A DNA stretch of 64,000 bases from a virus: IMG/VR virus record IMGVR_UViG_3300020205_002848, positions 1 to 64,000 of that record; one strand, written 5' to 3'. This document shows, in pieces, positions 60,458 to 64,000 of the stretch. How positions within the stretch are numbered: position 1 is the first letter of the stretch; every line of letters begins with the position of its first letter. Below the pieces are notes generated by a model. It saw nothing but the letters and a program-made list of their open reading frames with translations. It was not told the DNA's origin and did no database searches. Made by a program: the position numbers and the translations under genes.

Positions 60458-60558
60458 TCATATAAATAATTTTAGTTAATTATATATAATTATTGATAAA
60501 GCCCCTTTGATTTTACTGAATTTGATAAATAAGATTAATTATTTTAATATATACTTTT

Positions 60559-61947
60559 ATGAGAAAATATTCTGATAAATTTCTTAATCAGTCTGGTAAA
60601 TTAAAAGACGCAAAAATAGGATTCGAGTTCGAATTCTATATGAAAGACTTGTCCTATTACAAAACACTAGAACTATTAAACACAGAACTAACTCCAGTAA
60701 AGGTATGGGGTTTTAGACAGTATCACTCTGACTTCACCCCAGATGATAAAAACTTTAAAATCGAGCCCGATTTATCAGGGGGTTCTAACATGGTTGAATT
60801 AGTAACGGGCCCTTTAGACTTTTATGACGCTAAATATTATTTGATAAAAATAATAAAATTCATACAGAATTATGGATATACTAATGAGAAGTGTTCAATA
60901 CATTTTAATATCTCATTTAATGATAAAGATTTAAATAACTTAAATATTCTCAAATTGATTCTTAATGTAGATGAAGATGAGATTTATAGATCATATCCAT
61001 CGAGAAAGGACAATGTTTATGCAAAAACCATTAAAAAGATAATACCTTATAAAGAATATGACTTTTTCAATATCCCAATATCAGTAGTTAAAAATAACAT
61101 GAGACTACCAAATGATAAATACTATGGTGTAAACTTTTTAAATATAAATAACGAAAAGGATAGTCAAAGATTAGAGTTTAGATATATTGGTGGTAAAGAT
61201 TATGAAATTAATTTAGGACAACTGATGTATTTTATGGAAAGATTTGTAATATCTGTTCATGATTCTATCGATGCTGATTTTAACCCGGAAGATGTTAATA
61301 AATTAGAAGAATATCTACAAGATAATATTTCAACATTTAAGAATTTTTCAAGTTATGATAACTTTATAGTTGACTTTTCTTCAATTCAAATTCAAATAGA
61401 CCAAAACTCTAATTATGATATAGTTTCTACTTATTACCATAAGATATATAATAGGATTTATAGTTTGATAGATAATACCGAGGGATTAAAAGAGTGTATT
61501 GTTAACTATGTTACATCAACTCAAACCTTAGAAATTGTCGATGCTACTATTAGAACGACATCAACTTTGAAAAATTTAGATATGGTTAATTGTAATTTAG
61601 AAGGAGTTTTTGAAGATTGTTTATTTTTAGGATGTGAGATTAGAAGATCACAATGTGTTAAATCAAAACTTATTCAAAGTGACGCTGATGATTCAAAAAT
61701 ATTAAATTGTAAAGTGGATCAATCATCTCTAACTGACTGTTATTTTATGGAAGGTATATTAAATGGGGATATGTTTGGTGGTGTTTTCCGTTCAGGTAAA
61801 TTAGGTCCATTTGCTACAATGGACTCTGAAGTGAAAGTAGTAACTGATAATAATAACTTCTTTGATACTAAATATGATGATGAAGAAGGTAAAGGTGATA
61901 AAAAAGGAATTATTGATGGTTATGGAAAATCGTTCGGTAAAAAATGA
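60559..61947 (+). CDS. Amidoligase (COOH-NH2 ligase)-like protein with a C-terminal beta-helix-like region
   Basis: IGFEFEF, IEPD, ELVT.P, CSIHFN, KYYGVN, LEFR; pentapeptide-like C-terminus. Confidence 0.7.
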   Translation: MRKYSDKFLNQSGKLKDAKIGFEFEFYMKDLSYYKTLELLNTELTPVKVWGFRQYHSDFTPDDKNFKIEPDLSGGSNMVELVTGPLDFYDAKYYLIKIIKFIQNYGYTNEKCSIHFNISFNDKDLNNLNILKLILNVDEDEIYRSYPSRKDNVYAKTIKKIIPYKEYDFFNIPISVVKNNMRLPNDKYYGVNFLNINNEKDSQRLEFRYIGGKDYEINLGQLMYFMERFVISVHDSIDADFNPEDVNKLEEYLQDNISTFKNFSSYDNFIVDFSSIQIQIDQNSNYDIVSTYYHKIYNRIYSLIDNTEGLKECIVNYVTSTQTLEIVDATIRTTSTLKNLDMVNCNLEGVFEDCLFLGCEIRRSQCVKSKLIQSDADDSKILNCKVDQSSLTDCYFMEGILNGDMFGGVFRSGKLGPFATMDSEVKVVTDNNNFFDTKYDDEEGKGDKKGIIDGYGKSFGKK

Positions 61948-61962
61948 ATATATGTATAAAAT

Positions 61963-61997
61963 AAAAAAAGAGTTAAGAAAATCTTAACTCTTTTTTT
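61963..61997. terminator. Bidirectional intrinsic terminator
   Basis: A7-GAGTTAAGA-AAA-TCTTAACTC-T7 between convergent genes. Confidence 0.85.
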
Positions 61998-61998
61998 A

Positions 61999-63888
61999 TT
62001 ATTTATTATTTTTAAACTTCTCGAATTTAGCAATTATTTTTCGATTTTCTCTATCAATTTCCATTTCATTTGGCTTCATTGCTTTATCAAAGCCAGCTTT
62101 TACAAATTCATCTCTAGTAACATCTCTAGTATTACCATCTTTATCTTTTATTTGATAATCAAAGTTTTCAACTAAGTTACCTTCTTTATCCAATTTAGTT
62201 ACATCTTCTGTTCCCAAAACTTTGAAATCCATATCTGGTTCTTTAGCTTTGTATCCACTACTTTCACTATCTTCTTTCCATTTAAGACCAAAACTCCATG
62301 TAACTCCAGATAAATCACCTATAATTTTATTTTTGAATAAGTCAATATATTTCTTACCTTCATTGTTTAGTAATATTTTACTAACTTCAATTTGGTTTCC
62401 TTCTTCATCTGTTTCTTTTTCAACTTTAACACTTCCAAAAACATTTGAAATTGAACCAATACCACCATGGCCACCAGAAACTGTAATTTCATCTTGACCA
62501 ATTGATGTATCTGGATCATAATAATCTAAATGTTGTTTAAAGTTATTTAATAAACCAGTCATATAAACACCTAAGTCATCAATTTCTTTACCTTCTTTAG
62601 TTTTAGGTAATTTAGGAGTTTCTTTAATATTACTATAAGAACATACTTGTAAAGTACCACCGTATTGTAATAAAATAAATTTAGGCAATTTAGGAATTGT
62701 CCAAACATTACCAAATTTATCAACTCTTCTTGAGAATAAATATATTTCTTCATCTGTTAGAAATTTTTGTAATTCGGGAATCTTAAAAAGGTCTAACTTA
62801 TCAACAATGCCATCAGCTAAAGCTTTATCAACTTTACTCATTATGATACCCATCTCATAATCTTCCATTATAATTGTTCTTGCTCTTAGTGCATTAGCCC
62901 AAGTTCCTGTTGGTACAAAAGCTAAATCTCCAATAAGTGCATAACCATCTGAGAATATTGTAAATGTGCTTGTTATTCTTGCATCACCAACTGAAGATCT
63001 TTCAAAGTCTTGTAAAAACTCTTGTTGACTCATATAAACTTTCTTTTGTTTTTTAGTCCCTCTTGTTTTCTTTTGCATTTCTTTAAGTCTCCATTCAGCA
63101 TCTTCTAAGAAATCTTTACCTTGACCTTTCTTTGGTCCAAAAGTATTGACATTATGTTGTGTATAAACCCTACTCATTGTATGGAATATTGAATAGATAG
63201 AAGCATCTTTACAGTTGTGAATAACTGAAATTAAAGTTTTGTGATCACCTCTTTTTAACATTTGGTTAAAAGCTGCACCGAATTCTAATCTACCTTGTAA
63301 TGATAATACACCATCTTCTTTTTTAGCAATAGCTTCTTTAGCAAACTTAATAATATCAGTTAAGTTATAATCTAAAAGTCTTTTCCAAGAAACTTTATAT
63401 TCATCATATTTAGCAGCATCAATCATTCTAATAACTGATACTGTTAAATCGTCTTGTGGAACACCTAAGTTTAAACAGATAGCTTCGTAAGCTGACGCTG
63501 TACTTGATTTACCAACTGGTGATGATTTATATTTTTCTTTTTGTTCATCTGTAAATACACCATGATGATCTAAATAATAATCAATCATTTCATCTCTTTC
63601 ATCACCCGGCATATTAGCAAAGTCAACTACAACATTTATTAGTTTAGGATCAACTTTTGTATATTTCCAACCGTTTGAATAATCAAGAATACCATACTTA
63701 ACGATTTCAAAACCATTATCTAAAAGATATTTTTTAACTTCAATAGCGGAGAATATACCATCCATATCATCATGTGTATAAAGGGCAACTTTCTTACCAT
63801 CTTTTCCTTTCTTCGACCAATACTCTTCGTTCTTAGGTAGTCTAGGAGAAGCTTCTTCGTTTATGAATTCAGCGTATCTTTTTAACAT
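61999..63888 (-). CDS. DHH-family phosphoesterase with capsid-targeting-like N-terminus
   Basis: MLKRYAEFINEE start; THDDMDGIFSA, VVVDF, YLDHH; C-terminal SGGHGG (DHHA1-like). Confidence 0.75.
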   Translation of the reverse strand: MLKRYAEFINEEASPRLPKNEEYWSKKGKDGKKVALYTHDDMDGIFSAIEVKKYLLDNGFEIVKYGILDYSNGWKYTKVDPKLINVVVDFANMPGDERDEMIDYYLDHHGVFTDEQKEKYKSSPVGKSSTASAYEAICLNLGVPQDDLTVSVIRMIDAAKYDEYKVSWKRLLDYNLTDIIKFAKEAIAKKEDGVLSLQGRLEFGAAFNQMLKRGDHKTLISVIHNCKDASIYSIFHTMSRVYTQHNVNTFGPKKGQGKDFLEDAEWRLKEMQKKTRGTKKQKKVYMSQQEFLQDFERSSVGDARITSTFTIFSDGYALIGDLAFVPTGTWANALRARTIIMEDYEMGIIMSKVDKALADGIVDKLDLFKIPELQKFLTDEEIYLFSRRVDKFGNVWTIPKLPKFILLQYGGTLQVCSYSNIKETPKLPKTKEGKEIDDLGVYMTGLLNNFKQHLDYYDPDTSIGQDEITVSGGHGGIGSISNVFGSVKVEKETDEEGNQIEVSKILLNNEGKKYIDLFKNKIIGDLSGVTWSFGLKWKEDSESSGYKAKEPDMDFKVLGTEDVTKLDKEGNLVENFDYQIKDKDGNTRDVTRDEFVKAGFDKAMKPNEMEIDRENRKIIAKFEKFKNNK

Positions 63889-64000
63889 AATTTCAATTGT
63901 TTTTTGTATATATATAAAAATCCGTAAATCAAAATTATAATACTAAATTATGATATCTATATCTAAATCTTTTATTAACTCATCTGTACCAAGAATAGCA

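Noticed and set aside
1-64000. tRNA or rRNA genes
   Set aside because: Intergenic gaps are short and very AT-rich; no cloverleaf or rRNA-like sequence was seen by eye (tRNAscan not run)

Overview
A 64-kb, AT-rich, densely coding segment of a large T4-like (jumbo-type) tailed phage. A Bacteroidota host is inferred from A-rich starts without Shine-Dalgarno sites, a DUF6576-like motif and a Bacteroidota-style lipoprotein. The window contains tail-fibre and virion genes with long Gly-X-Y (GTS/GSS) repeats (1-15.6 kb, 34.3-38 kb). Replication and recombination genes are a sliding clamp, the C-terminal half of a split family-B DNA polymerase, primase, UvsY and a split UvsW helicase. Other content: PPK2, ClpP, a DNA methyltransferase, three free-standing endonucleases, a baseplate module loaded with cell-wall hydrolase domains (45-60 kb), an amidoligase-like protein and a DHH phosphoesterase. 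The main discovery is that two core replication genes missed or truncated by the ORF track are each broken inside a conserved motif by a short, stop-containing, frame-shifting insert: 41 nt in PolB motif B (QLAL|KLVLNGSYG) and 7 nt in UvsW motif V (VASY|GTLSTG). Both inserts sit in a similar architecture of competing RNA stem-loops, which points to programmed ribosomal bypassing or mini-intron removal. The PolB case lies next to an HNH endonuclease, like the T4 mobA/gene 60 cassette. Also notable: about 14 proteins, including enzymes, carry a T4-like capsid-targeting N-terminus; a TAATATATA promoter motif recurs; several small proteins share an RDxK[IL]xx[IL]L motif; and a Hint-like remnant sits at the UvsW split. 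All protein family calls come from motif recognition by eye; no database searches or RNA folding were run.
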